The position numbers and the translations under genes were made by a program. 64,000 nt of DNA from an uncultured Candidatus Saccharibacteria bacterium (lineage in GTDB: Bacteria > Patescibacteriota > Minisyncoccia > Phycocordibacterales > SBAW01), in assembly GCA_964615415.1 (NCBI GenBank), contig CAZTNI010000003.1:79235-143234 (forward strand), given 5' to 3'. The notes under the pieces are model-generated. The model worked only from the letters and a program-made list of their open reading frames with translations, was not told the origin of the DNA and ran no database searches. Of this stretch, positions 10,020-18,601 are shown one piece after another. How positions within the stretch are numbered: position 1 is the stretch's first letter; every line of letters starts with the position of its first letter.

Positions 10020-10412
10020 ATGGCGCATCGGCGGATGTTTAAGAATGTGCCTACCATGATCTTTTTCATGATAGGCGAGAGTGTCTATATCAAGGTGCCT
10101 AAATCGCTTCTAGATGAGGGAAAGAAAGGAATCAGGCTTTTACAGATTGCTGGGTTAGGAGTCGCGGCCGACAGGATCTGCATTAATTTGTCGCGTCCTA
10201 AAAAAAGAATCCGGCCTCAGAAATTTGTAGTACCGGTAGAAAATACGCCACTCATTCCAGAAGGCACTGCTGTCCGAGTTTCTTTACCAGGAACAGCTCT
10301 GGGGCCTCAAGTATATCCAAAGCGGGTGGGTATTGTGCGGAAGAAGAAGGGTAAGCTGCTCGTCGAATCATTTCGAGTCGTGGACGCTCGCCGTGACGCA
10401 GAAGGGGAATAG
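10020..10412 (+). CDS. hypothetical protein
   Basis: GGGAGG RBS 9 nt upstream of ATG; followed by a hairpin terminator; no recognisable domain. Confidence 0.4.
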   Translation: MAHRRMFKNVPTMIFFMIGESVYIKVPKSLLDEGKKGIRLLQIAGLGVAADRICINLSRPKKRIRPQKFVVPVENTPLIPEGTAVRVSLPGTALGPQVYPKRVGIVRKKKGKLLVESFRVVDARRDAEGE

Positions 10413-10425
10413 TAGCGTTGTGCCG

Positions 10426-10460
10426 AAGGGGTTGCGTTTAAAGCGACCCCTTTTCCTTTT
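10426..10460 (+). terminator. rho-independent terminator
   Basis: AAGGGGTTGCG-TTTA-AAGCGACCCCTT hairpin followed by TTTTCCTTTT. Confidence 0.5.
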
Positions 10461-10478
10461 GTGCTACACTTTTTATAT

Positions 10479-11336
10479 ATGACTCTACGAGAAACGATTG
10501 AAAAATTCAGCAAGGAAGGGAAGTGCATCGGTCATTTTAATTTTTCAGATTCTAATCAGCTAAAAGCAATTGCAGAAGCTGCAAAAGAAACCGGGCTTCC
10601 GGTTATTGCAGGACTTTCCGAAGGCGAGCGAGACTATTTTCCGCTCTCACACGCACGAGCAATTATCGACATCTATCGTGCGCAAGGAGTAGAAATATTT
10701 TTAAACGCTGACCACACCTATACGATAGAAAAAGTTGAGCGGGCCATTACTGCCGGAGTAGACGCAGTTGTGGTAGACGGCGCAAAACTTCCCTTTGCAG
10801 AAAACTCACAACTCCTTAAAGCGTCCGTTGCTCGGGCACGTGCGAGCGGGCGCGATGTGCTGGTTGAAGGCGAGCTTGGCTACATCGGCACTTCGTCGCA
10901 AGTGATGGACGCACTTCCAGAAGGAGCTGCAGCTACCGAAGAGATGATGACTAAACCAGAGGAACTCAAGCAGTTGGTGGAGGAATCAGGCATTGACCTT
11001 GCCGCTCCTGCGGTCGGCAATATTCACGGCATGATTAAAGGCGGCCAACCGAAATTATCTATTGAGCGGATTCGTACGCTTGCGCAAACTGCTGGTGTGC
11101 CGCTCGTCTTGCACGGCGGTTCGGGCTCGAGCGACGAGGAATTTGCTGCTTCGGTTGGAGCAGGCATGGTGATCATTCATATAAATACAGAATTGCGCGT
11201 CTTATATAGAGACGAACTCGCCAAGTCCCTTGCTGCGCATCCAAACGAGGCCGCGCCGTATAAAATCCTTGCGCCAGTCGTAGAAGTAATGAAAACGTAC
11301 GTGGCTTCTCGCATGCGCCTCTTTGCGGGGGCCTAG
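10479..11336 (+). CDS. fba: class II fructose-bisphosphate aldolase
   Basis: FbaA/TBP aldolase family: IGHFNF...VIAGLSEGE...VLHGGSG metal-binding blocks. Confidence 0.85.
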   Translation: MTLRETIEKFSKEGKCIGHFNFSDSNQLKAIAEAAKETGLPVIAGLSEGERDYFPLSHARAIIDIYRAQGVEIFLNADHTYTIEKVERAITAGVDAVVVDGAKLPFAENSQLLKASVARARASGRDVLVEGELGYIGTSSQVMDALPEGAAATEEMMTKPEELKQLVEESGIDLAAPAVGNIHGMIKGGQPKLSIERIRTLAQTAGVPLVLHGGSGSSDEEFAASVGAGMVIIHINTELRVLYRDELAKSLAAHPNEAAPYKILAPVVEVMKTYVASRMRLFAGA

Positions 11337-11385
11337 ATATTGCCTTTTTTAGGGTTTTCCGGTACAGTATTGCGACAAACAATAT

Positions 11386-12039
11386 ATGGAATTAACGGTA
11401 GAAAAGCGCGATTCTAAGAAGTCGTCAGCAACCTTGCGTAATAAGGGTGTTTTGCCTGCAGTTATTTATGGTCGCGAAGAGGAATCAACTCCTATAGCTA
11501 TAGACCGCAAGACCTTTGAAAAGGTCTACAAACAGGCCGGTGAAAACACCGTAGTAACTATTAAGGGTCTTGGTGAAGACAAGGACGCTCTTATTCATGA
11601 GGTTACCGTTGATGCCGTTACAGGTACCGCACTCCATGCTGATTTTTACGCAATTGCGAAGGGTCAGACTGTTACCGTTGCTATTCCGATCGAGTTCGAT
11701 GGCGAGTCGGCTGCTGTAAAAGAGCTTGGTGGCATTCTCGTTAAGGTTATGCACGAGCTTGAGATTGAGGTTCCACCGAAAGACCTTCCACATGCGCTCC
11801 ATGCAGATTTGAGCCTGCTCAAGACTCTTGAAGACAAGATTACTGTTGCTAACTTGAAGCTCCCTGCAAGTGCAAAAATCACTGCTGACCTTGAAGAGGT
11901 TGTTGCCATGATCGACGTTGCTAAGGACGAACCAGTCGAGGAAACTCCAATGGATATCTCACAAATTGAGATGAGTGTTGAGAAGGGTAAGAAGGAGGAA
12001 GAGGGCGCTGAGGCTGCTGCTTCAGAATCTAAAGAGTAA
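11386..12039 (+). CDS. rplY: 50S ribosomal protein L25 (Ctc form)
   Basis: N-terminal L25 fold (TLRNKGVLPAVIYG) with acidic C-terminal extension. Confidence 0.85.
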   Translation: MELTVEKRDSKKSSATLRNKGVLPAVIYGREEESTPIAIDRKTFEKVYKQAGENTVVTIKGLGEDKDALIHEVTVDAVTGTALHADFYAIAKGQTVTVAIPIEFDGESAAVKELGGILVKVMHELEIEVPPKDLPHALHADLSLLKTLEDKITVANLKLPASAKITADLEEVVAMIDVAKDEPVEETPMDISQIEMSVEKGKKEEEGAEAAASESKE

Positions 12040-12071
12040 GAAAGCACCCCGCTCGGGCGTCTGCTATACTA

Positions 12072-13457
12072 ATGAAGTATATGAGGCGGAACGTTTTACA
12101 CGTTCAGTTTGGCTTTTTTCTTGCCGCACTGCTGCTGGGCTTTGGTGCCTTTACGCATGTTTTTGCTCCAGCCTTTACCGCCGAGGCGCAAACCTTGTCG
12201 CCTGAGGAAAAAGCTCGTCTCCAGGCTGAATACGATCAACTCCAGGCCGAAATTGCAGAATGGCAAAAGGTCCTCGATGAAACCCGAGCAAAGAAAAATA
12301 CTATTCAGGGCGACGTGAGTGCCTTAAATGCGCAAATAAAGAAAGCCGAAACAGAAATTAAGCAACGCGGCGTCACTATTAACCGCCTTGCGAGCGAAAT
12401 AAACGAAAAAACGAATCGCATTCACCAGCTCGAAGACCGTCTCAGTCAGGGGAAAGAGTCTTTAGCAAAACTGATGCGTGAGAAAAACGAGGTAGAAACC
12501 CAGTCACTCATGCTGCTCGCGCTTTCCTCTGCAGACCTTTCCGATTTTTTTAGTGATGTACAGGAGATCGACGTTATAAATCGCGGCTTACAAGATTTGT
12601 TTGTGGAGTTGCGCGATGTGCGTGCACAAACCGAAGAGGAGAAAGCTGCTCTCGACCAGCGTAAAAATCAAGAGTTAGATGCTAGGTACGAGGTGCAGGT
12701 AAAACAAAAACAAATTAAAGAGAACGAGGCCGAGAAAAAGCAGCTTCTTTCGCTTACGCAGCAGCAGGAAAAGTCGTACCAAGGTGTGCTTGCAGAGCGT
12801 CAAGCAAAAGCAGCAGAGATTTACGCCCGCCTGTTTCCATTGCGCGACACCGATTCGATCCAGTTCGGAGATGCAGTGGAATATGCACGGGTTGCAGCAA
12901 CAAAAACCGGCGTACGACCTGCCCTTATCCTCGCTATTCTTTCTCAGGAGTCATCTCTTGGTGCAAACGTCGGTAACTGTCTCGTGACGGACCTTTCAAC
13001 TGGTAACGGAAAGGGAAAGAATACCGGTACTCCTATAGCCGGTGTGATGAAGGCACCACGTGACACTGTGCCATTTGAACGCATTACTAAGGCGCTTGGA
13101 AAAGACTGGAGCACCACCCCTGTGTCGTGTCCTCAGTCAGCAGGCTATGGCGGCGCTATGGGTCCTACTCAGTTTATTCCCTCGACATGGGAGTTGTTTG
13201 AGGCACGTATTAAGACAGCACTTGGGGTAAGTGCTACCAACCCGTGGAATGCAGGGCACGCTATTATGGCAACCGGCTTATACCTCCAAGACAGTGGCGC
13301 TGCTCTTCAGACGTATACCGCAGAACGTAACGCTGCTTGTAAGTATTTCTCTGGTAAGTCATGTCCAGCAAGCGGGTGGATTACTACCTACGCTAATTCC
13401 GTCATCTCTAAAGCCGAGCAGTACCAGAAAGACATAGAGGATTTGGCCGACTTGTAA
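12072..13457 (+). CDS. secreted coiled-coil protein with C-terminal lytic transglycosylase (SLT-like) domain
   Basis: Signal peptide, ~250 aa heptad-rich region, then ILSQESSLG (catalytic Glu-Ser) and [13 protein letters not shown] resembling SLT motifs. Confidence 0.6.
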   Translation: MKYMRRNVLHVQFGFFLAALLLGFGAFTHVFAPAFTAEAQTLSPEEKARLQAEYDQLQAEIAEWQKVLDETRAKKNTIQGDVSALNAQIKKAETEIKQRGVTINRLASEINEKTNRIHQLEDRLSQGKESLAKLMREKNEVETQSLMLLALSSADLSDFFSDVQEIDVINRGLQDLFVELRDVRAQTEEEKAALDQRKNQELDARYEVQVKQKQIKENEAEKKQLLSLTQQQEKSYQGVLAERQAKAAEIYARLFPLRDTDSIQFGDAVEYARVAATKTGVRPALILAILSQESSLGANVGNCLVTDLSTGNGKGKNTGTPIAGVMKAPRDTVPFERITKALGKDWSTTPVSCPQSAGYGGAMGPTQFIPSTWELFEARIKTALGVSATNPWNAGHAIMATGLYLQDSGAALQTYTAERNAACKYFSGKSCPASGWITTYANSVISKAEQYQKDIEDLADL

Positions 13458-13486
13458 GAGAAGGGCGGCTGTGTTATTGTGTGGGC

Positions 13487-13705
13487 ATGAAAACGGAGAC
13501 CCATCCGACATATTTTGAAGCGGCAAAGGTGACCTGCGCATGCGGGCGCTCTTTCACCGTAGGTTCAACCAAAGAGCATTTGGAGGTTGAAATCTGTTCT
13601 AACTGCCATCCGTTCTACACCGGCAACGAGAAGATCATGGACTCTGCGGGCCGCGTAGAGAAGTTCAAGGCACGTCGCGCTGCTGCTACCAAGAAGTCGA
13701 AGTAA
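13487..13705 (+). CDS. rpmE: 50S ribosomal protein L31
   Basis: MKTETHPTY... CxxC...CxxCHPFYTG zinc-ribbon L31 signature. Confidence 0.85.
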   Translation: MKTETHPTYFEAAKVTCACGRSFTVGSTKEHLEVEICSNCHPFYTGNEKIMDSAGRVEKFKARRAAATKKSK

Positions 13706-13795
13706 ATTACTTCGCTCTAACTCCTTTGCAAAGGTCCTCGGATCTCCTCGAGGACTCGGCCAGACCATTTGCAAAGGAGTTTACAGCTACGTTGT

Positions 13796-14761
13796 ATGGA
13801 TTTGACTAAGTATAAAGAAAACCAGAAAACCGCGTATCTTGCAGCGGAATTTGAACGTATTGAAGGGGAAGAAAAGGAAGTGAAAGAGCTTGCCTCTGGA
13901 GATTTAGGCGAACTAGCAGCAGACGACCTTGCTCGTCTTGCAGAACAAAAGAAGGCCATCCTTGCAGAAATGGATGGTATTTTGGCGCGTGAAAAATCAG
14001 AAGAGGAATTTCCAAACGAAATTGTGCTTGAAGTGCGTGCGGGTGTCGGCGGGGAGGAGGCGGCTCTTTTTGCTGAGGAGTTGAGCTATATGTATCGCGC
14101 CTATGCAGAAAAACAGGGGTGGCAGGTGCGGGTGCTTTCGGAATCAAAATCCGACCTCGGTGGCTACAAAGAAGCATCGTTTGAAATCCGCGGACAGAAC
14201 GTCTATAAACGCCTGCGCTACGAAACGGGCGTGCACCGTGTGCAGCGTGTGCCCGCTACTGAAAAATCTGGCCGCGTTCATACCTCAACTGCGTCGGTCG
14301 TCATTTTGCCGATCCGCAAAAAGACCAAAGTTGAGGTAAATCCTGCAGACATCGATATGGAGTTTTCTCGCGCTGGTGGTGCAGGTGGTCAGAACGTTAA
14401 CAAAGTGGAAACTGCGGTGCGCTTGGTACACCGTCCGACCGGTATTGATGCACGTTCGCAGTCTGAGCGCTCGCAAGCAGCTAACCGCGAAAAGGCTATG
14501 GCCGTCCTTATGGCAAAGCTGGAAGCCTTCGAGGAGGAAAAAGCCGCGGCTAAGTATTCTGCTGACCGCAAAGAGCAAATTGGTTCCGGTGACCGCTCAG
14601 AAAAGATACGCACTTACAACGTGCTCCAGGACCGCTTAACCGACCATCGTATTAAAGAAAGCTGGCACAATTTGCCCCTTATTTTTGGGGGTAATATTGG
14701 CCCTATTTTAGACGCTGTCGAGGCTGCGGGGGACAACCTTGGTCCTGTTGCAGAAGATTAA
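13796..14761 (+). CDS. prfA: peptide chain release factor 1
   Basis: GGQ motif ([20 protein letters not shown]) and PAT tripeptide (RF1-type, not SPF). Confidence 0.85.
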   Translation: MDLTKYKENQKTAYLAAEFERIEGEEKEVKELASGDLGELAADDLARLAEQKKAILAEMDGILAREKSEEEFPNEIVLEVRAGVGGEEAALFAEELSYMYRAYAEKQGWQVRVLSESKSDLGGYKEASFEIRGQNVYKRLRYETGVHRVQRVPATEKSGRVHTSTASVVILPIRKKTKVEVNPADIDMEFSRAGGAGGQNVNKVETAVRLVHRPTGIDARSQSERSQAANREKAMAVLMAKLEAFEEEKAAAKYSADRKEQIGSGDRSEKIRTYNVLQDRLTDHRIKESWHNLPLIFGGNIGPILDAVEAAGDNLGPVAED

Positions 14762-14781
14762 ATTGCATGCTACAGTAGCCC

Positions 14782-15519
14782 GTGCATTATATGGAGAAAA
14801 ATAACGGTATTATCGATAAATTGTTTGCTGCTGGGGCGCATTTTGGCTACTCGCCATCGCGTCGCCATCCGTCGCTCAAGTCTTTTATTTTTGGAAGCAA
14901 GGGTACAACCGAGCTTTTTGACCTTGAGAAGACATCAGTAGCACTCGAGTCTGCGGTACAGTTTGTTACCTCGCTCGCACAGGCTCGCAAGACAATTCTT
15001 TTTGTAGGAGGTAAGGCAGAGGCGAAGGGCATTGTAAAGCGCGTTGCAGAACGCCTTAACCAGCCATACGTCGCAGGTCGTTGGATCGGCGGTACCCTCA
15101 CCAACTTTTCTGAAATCCGCAAGCGCTTAAACCGTCTCTCTGACCTCTCGACTATGCGCGAAAAGGGCGAATTGCAGAAGTTTACTAAACTCGAACGCCT
15201 TCTTATTGATCGCGAGATCAATGACCTTGAGGAAACCTTTGGCGGTCTTAAGGGTGTTACCAAGCTTCCTGATGCGATGATCATTGTTGATCCTCGCCAT
15301 GAAGCTGGTGCTGTGAGCGAAGCGCTCCTCATGAAAGTTCCTACTGTTGCTATCATGAACTCAGACTGTGATCGTACGCAGATTACCTATCCGGTTCCTG
15401 CAAATGATGCGTCAGTGCATTCTATTAGCGTAATTCTCGACGAGCTCGCTACTGCATACTCGAAGAACCTTGGCCCAGAACGTGCTGAGGCTCCTGCGGC
15501 AGAAGCTGTTCGCGCATAA
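14782..15519 (+). CDS. rpsB: 30S ribosomal protein S2
   Basis: GAHFGY...WIGGTLTNF S2 signature. Confidence 0.9.
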   Translation: MHYMEKNNGIIDKLFAAGAHFGYSPSRRHPSLKSFIFGSKGTTELFDLEKTSVALESAVQFVTSLAQARKTILFVGGKAEAKGIVKRVAERLNQPYVAGRWIGGTLTNFSEIRKRLNRLSDLSTMREKGELQKFTKLERLLIDREINDLEETFGGLKGVTKLPDAMIIVDPRHEAGAVSEALLMKVPTVAIMNSDCDRTQITYPVPANDASVHSISVILDELATAYSKNLGPERAEAPAAEAVRA

Positions 15520-15528
15520 TAAAAATAT

Positions 15529-15984
15529 ATGGCAGTTAGTGCAGATGTTGTTAAGGCTCTTCGTGATAAAACAGGAGTCTCAGTCATGGAGTGCAAAAAG
15601 GCACTCGAGGAAGCTGGGGGCGACATGGACAAAGCTCTCGAAATCCTTTCGGCACGCGCTGCCGCAACGGTAGGTAAAAAAGCTGACCGCGTACTTGGGG
15701 CAGGAAGTGTTGCTTCGTATATTCACAGCACTAAGCAAATGGGCGCCATGGTCGTCCTTGCGTGCGAGACCGACTTTGTTGCAAAGGGCGAAGAGTTTAA
15801 CCAGCTTGCATACGACATTGCTATGCACGCTGCGGCTATGCGCCCCCAGACTACTGAGGAGCTTGTAGCGCAGCCATACATTAAGGATCCGAGCAAAACC
15901 ATTGCTGACCTTCTTGCGGGCGCTACACAGAAGTTCGGCGAGCGCATCGAGGTGTCCAAAATGGCATTTTTCTCGGTCGCGTAA
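15529..15984 (+). CDS. tsf: elongation factor Ts (short form)
   Basis: N-terminal UBA-like VKALRDKTGVSVMECKKAL plus a single dimerisation subdomain; 151 aa; directly after rpsB. Confidence 0.85.
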   Translation: MAVSADVVKALRDKTGVSVMECKKALEEAGGDMDKALEILSARAAATVGKKADRVLGAGSVASYIHSTKQMGAMVVLACETDFVAKGEEFNQLAYDIAMHAAAMRPQTTEELVAQPYIKDPSKTIADLLAGATQKFGERIEVSKMAFFSVA

Positions 15985-16005
15985 GTAGGGTATACTATCC
16001 TTTGT

Positions 16006-16419
16006 ATGGTGACATTCTTCACCACGATGCTCGGCATCTCGGTTATAGGGCTTTTCGGTCTGCTTCTTCTTAAGCGCTTTGAAATAGCTACGGGTCGCGT
16101 AGTGTTCGGACGTTTGCGTCCAAAGCGGGGCGGTCTTCTGTATAAAGGAGGCGTCTTCTTTGAGCGTGTGCTTCCAACCACGATTCGCTACATTGTGGTC
16201 ATGTCTGCACGAAAGGTGAATCGGAATTTCCACCGCCTCGTGGCATGGAGCATCTTTCATTTTGAGCGGTTGCTTGAAAAAGTATTGCACACCGTGCGCG
16301 AGCGTACTGCGCCACCGCAGGGTCGTGGAGAGGCTTCGTCTTTCCTGCGTGCGGTAGCGGATCATAAGCGCAAGCTGCTTCACCAGGCTCCTTTGGAGCG
16401 TGCGATCTTCGACGAATAA
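16006..16419 (+). CDS. hypothetical membrane-anchored protein
   Basis: ORF with N-terminal TM helix between tsf and the tRNA; no homology recognised. Confidence 0.35.
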   Translation: MVTFFTTMLGISVIGLFGLLLLKRFEIATGRVVFGRLRPKRGGLLYKGGVFFERVLPTTIRYIVVMSARKVNRNFHRLVAWSIFHFERLLEKVLHTVRERTAPPQGRGEASSFLRAVADHKRKLLHQAPLERAIFDE

Positions 16420-16431
16420 GTTTTATTTTTT

Positions 16432-16507
16432 GCCGCCTTAGCTCAGTTGGTAGAGCAACTCTTTTGTAAAGAGAAGGTCCCCAGTTCAAATCTGGGAGGC
16501 GGCTCCA
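16432..16507 (+). tRNA. tRNA-Thr (anticodon TGT)
   Basis: 76 nt cloverleaf; 7-bp acceptor stem GCCGCCT/AGGCGGC, D-loop AGTTGGTA, anticodon loop TTTGTAA, T-loop TTCAAAT, encoded CCA. Confidence 0.85.
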
Positions 16508-16649
16508 AGTGTTGTGAGTTCTCCCAGATTTGAACTGGGAAGGGGTCGGGAAACGGGAGGTTTCCCGTATCGGAAGTTATTCGAAACCGAGGGTTTCGAA
16601 AGAGCCGCTAGAAGCGGCTCAGGAGTGAAATTCTGGGAGGCGGCTCCAG
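16479..16649 (+). repeat. inverted repeat of tRNA T-arm plus direct repeat of tRNA 3' end; three tandem perfect hairpins
   Basis: 16519-16539 is the reverse complement of tRNA 16479-16498; 16629-16649 repeats the tRNA 3' end 16488-16507 (1 mismatch); hairpins at 16546-16567, 16578-16599, 16602-16620. Confidence 0.6.
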
Positions 16650-16654
16650 TACGG

Positions 16655-17341
16655 TTACTCTTGTGCTGTGGTCGTAGCGAGTGTTTTAAGCTCGGGGATG
16701 AGGTTCTGCATCTCATCGTAGTTCTTAAATCCGTAGATAGGTGCGCGGTCGTTGATTACAAGAGCAGGAAGATTGCCCTCAATTTTGTTAAGTGTGATAA
16801 GTGTCTGAAGCGCTGAAAGGTCGAGATTGTAGTCGAACGCATAGACACGCAGGTCTGGATACGTTTGTGACATGTACGTTAAGACTTCGCCCATACGTGC
16901 GCAGTCTGAGCAGTCTCCTGCATTTGAATAGAAATAGAGAATAGAAACTGACTTAGTTTGGCACTTGTCGGCAATGCGCTGCAAAAGGAGGTAGTCTTTG
17001 ATCTCTAAAAGAGAATACTGCTTTTTAAGTCGGATCACTTCCGGGTTGTCGCTCCCCAAATTTGACTCGGTAAAGGCGACGCGTTGTGCCAAAGAATCGA
17101 GTTCGCTCGAAAGGATTGGATTGCGGTTAATGGCGCTGCAGTTGAGGCTGCCCAAGAGTTCGAACTGGGTCTCCGTTGAAAGAAGGTCGATAGAGATACT
17201 TTCTTCCATGGCACGGATGTCGGCAATACGGCCGCTGTTGAGCTTTGCGGCAGCGTAAAAGGCAGTCGCAAAGATAGCGCCGGTGATAATAAAGGCGAGG
17301 GCATACTTCTGCCAGCCTGTAGAGCTACTGTTTATCTCCAT
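16655..17341 (-). CDS. membrane-anchored thioredoxin-fold protein (CSDC active site)
   Basis: N-terminal TM; CxxC (AGDCSDC) embedded in a thioredoxin-like region; start overlaps the upstream GT2 gene. Confidence 0.5.
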   Translation of the reverse strand: MEINSSSTGWQKYALAFIITGAIFATAFYAAAKLNSGRIADIRAMEESISIDLLSTETQFELLGSLNCSAINRNPILSSELDSLAQRVAFTESNLGSDNPEVIRLKKQYSLLEIKDYLLLQRIADKCQTKSVSILYFYSNAGDCSDCARMGEVLTYMSQTYPDLRVYAFDYNLDLSALQTLITLNKIEGNLPALVINDRAPIYGFKNYDEMQNLIPELKTLATTTAQE

Positions 17342-18570
17342 GTTGTTTCTCTTGCCCGGAGGGCACCCCAGGTCGCCTGAGCGAGCCAGATAGGAGCAAT
17401 AAAACCAAAGAGTGCGAAATATGCAAGTACCGACTTTACAGTGATGTCCGACTTGCCGATAGAGCGGCCAAGCAAGATTGCCACGACGGTGAGGCCCAAA
17501 ACGGTAATGATAAGGAAGGTCATCATACTGGTGTTGAGGAAAAACCAGTCGAAGTGGAATGAAGGGAATTCAAATCGAGGAGGGATGCCCGTCATCCACA
17601 TGTTGTATATTCGGCCGAGCATTCCACTCGCAATTGTATAGACCACAAACGACGCGGTGTAGATGCCGGCTGCAAATGCCATAAGACCGAAGGGGAGTAC
17701 AAGGAATCCAAGGTGGCCGTAGCGTGGATTAAAGTACATATATTTATAATCCTGTGAGTTTTGCAAAAAACCTTGTGACCAGCGCTTGCGTTGTTTTAAC
17801 AGAGTGCGTACGGTGCTTGGGACAGTGGTGTATACCAGTGCGGTATGGGCATTCACAATTTTGAGTCCGTTTGCATGCATACGAAACGCGATCTCCATGT
17901 CCTCGGTATTGTGTGCGTGTTTAAAGAGGCCAATCTTGTTGAAGACCTCACGCTTATATACAGAAAACGGGCCAGGGAGTACGTTGAGTGCGGCCATATT
18001 GTCGAACATTTTTTTATAGAAAATACCGAAGGTGTACTCGACTGACTGCATCAACTCAAGCAGGTTGCGTGGGCGAAATACTTTCATCACCGGCATGGTT
18101 GCCATGATGGTTGGGTCGCTCTCGAAGCGTTTTACTACTTCAATAAGCGCTTCTTTGTCGACAAATGAGTCTGCATCGAGGCAGCCAACAAGTTCACTTG
18201 TGGTGTGTGCGATACCAAAGTTCATGGCAGTATATTTCCCGCCGTTTTCTTTGTAGTAGTACTGCACTTGGGCGTAGTCGCGCGCAAGACGTTCGCCGAT
18301 CTCTCGTGTGCGATCCTTAGAGCCGTCGTCAATAATAACGATAGAAAGTTTGTCTTGCGGATAGGAAAGGTTAAGGAGCGACATGACCGTTCCTTCGAGG
18401 GTCCGCTCTTCGTTATAAGACGGCACAAGAACGGCAACGCTCGGGTAGTAGGCAGGAGCAGCAGTAGTCTTCTTAGAAGGCTTCTTTTCAAAGAAGGTTA
18501 TGAGGAGAAACACCTGGAAGTACAGGCCGAGGAAGAGGCACATATATACGCCAATAACCCCGATTGACAT
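17332..18570 (-). CDS. family 2 glycosyltransferase, processive membrane synthase type
   Basis: GT2 DXD (IIDDGSKDRT, CLDADS) and QRKRWSQG (QxxRW) motifs with flanking TM helices, as in cellulose/chitin/PNAG synthases. Confidence 0.8.
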   Translation of the reverse strand: MSIGVIGVYMCLFLGLYFQVFLLITFFEKKPSKKTTAAPAYYPSVAVLVPSYNEERTLEGTVMSLLNLSYPQDKLSIVIIDDGSKDRTREIGERLARDYAQVQYYYKENGGKYTAMNFGIAHTTSELVGCLDADSFVDKEALIEVVKRFESDPTIMATMPVMKVFRPRNLLELMQSVEYTFGIFYKKMFDNMAALNVLPGPFSVYKREVFNKIGLFKHAHNTEDMEIAFRMHANGLKIVNAHTALVYTTVPSTVRTLLKQRKRWSQGFLQNSQDYKYMYFNPRYGHLGFLVLPFGLMAFAAGIYTASFVVYTIASGMLGRIYNMWMTGIPPRFEFPSFHFDWFFLNTSMMTFLIITVLGLTVVAILLGRSIGKSDITVKSVLAYFALFGFIAPIWLAQATWGALRARETTWR

Positions 18571-18601
18571 GAGAGCTCTAGTATAGCATTTTGAGCCTCC
18601 C

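Noticed and set aside
15580-16383. 267-aa minus-strand ORF spanning tsf and the downstream region
   Set aside because: Overlaps the well-supported tsf gene antisense; plus-strand organisation (rpsB-tsf-small gene-tRNA) is coherent
16508-16649. Second tRNA or tmRNA downstream of tRNA-Thr (because the acceptor/T-arm sequence recurs)
   Set aside because: No matching 5' acceptor strand or D-arm for the repeated 3' end; the segment folds as three independent hairpins instead of a cloverleaf
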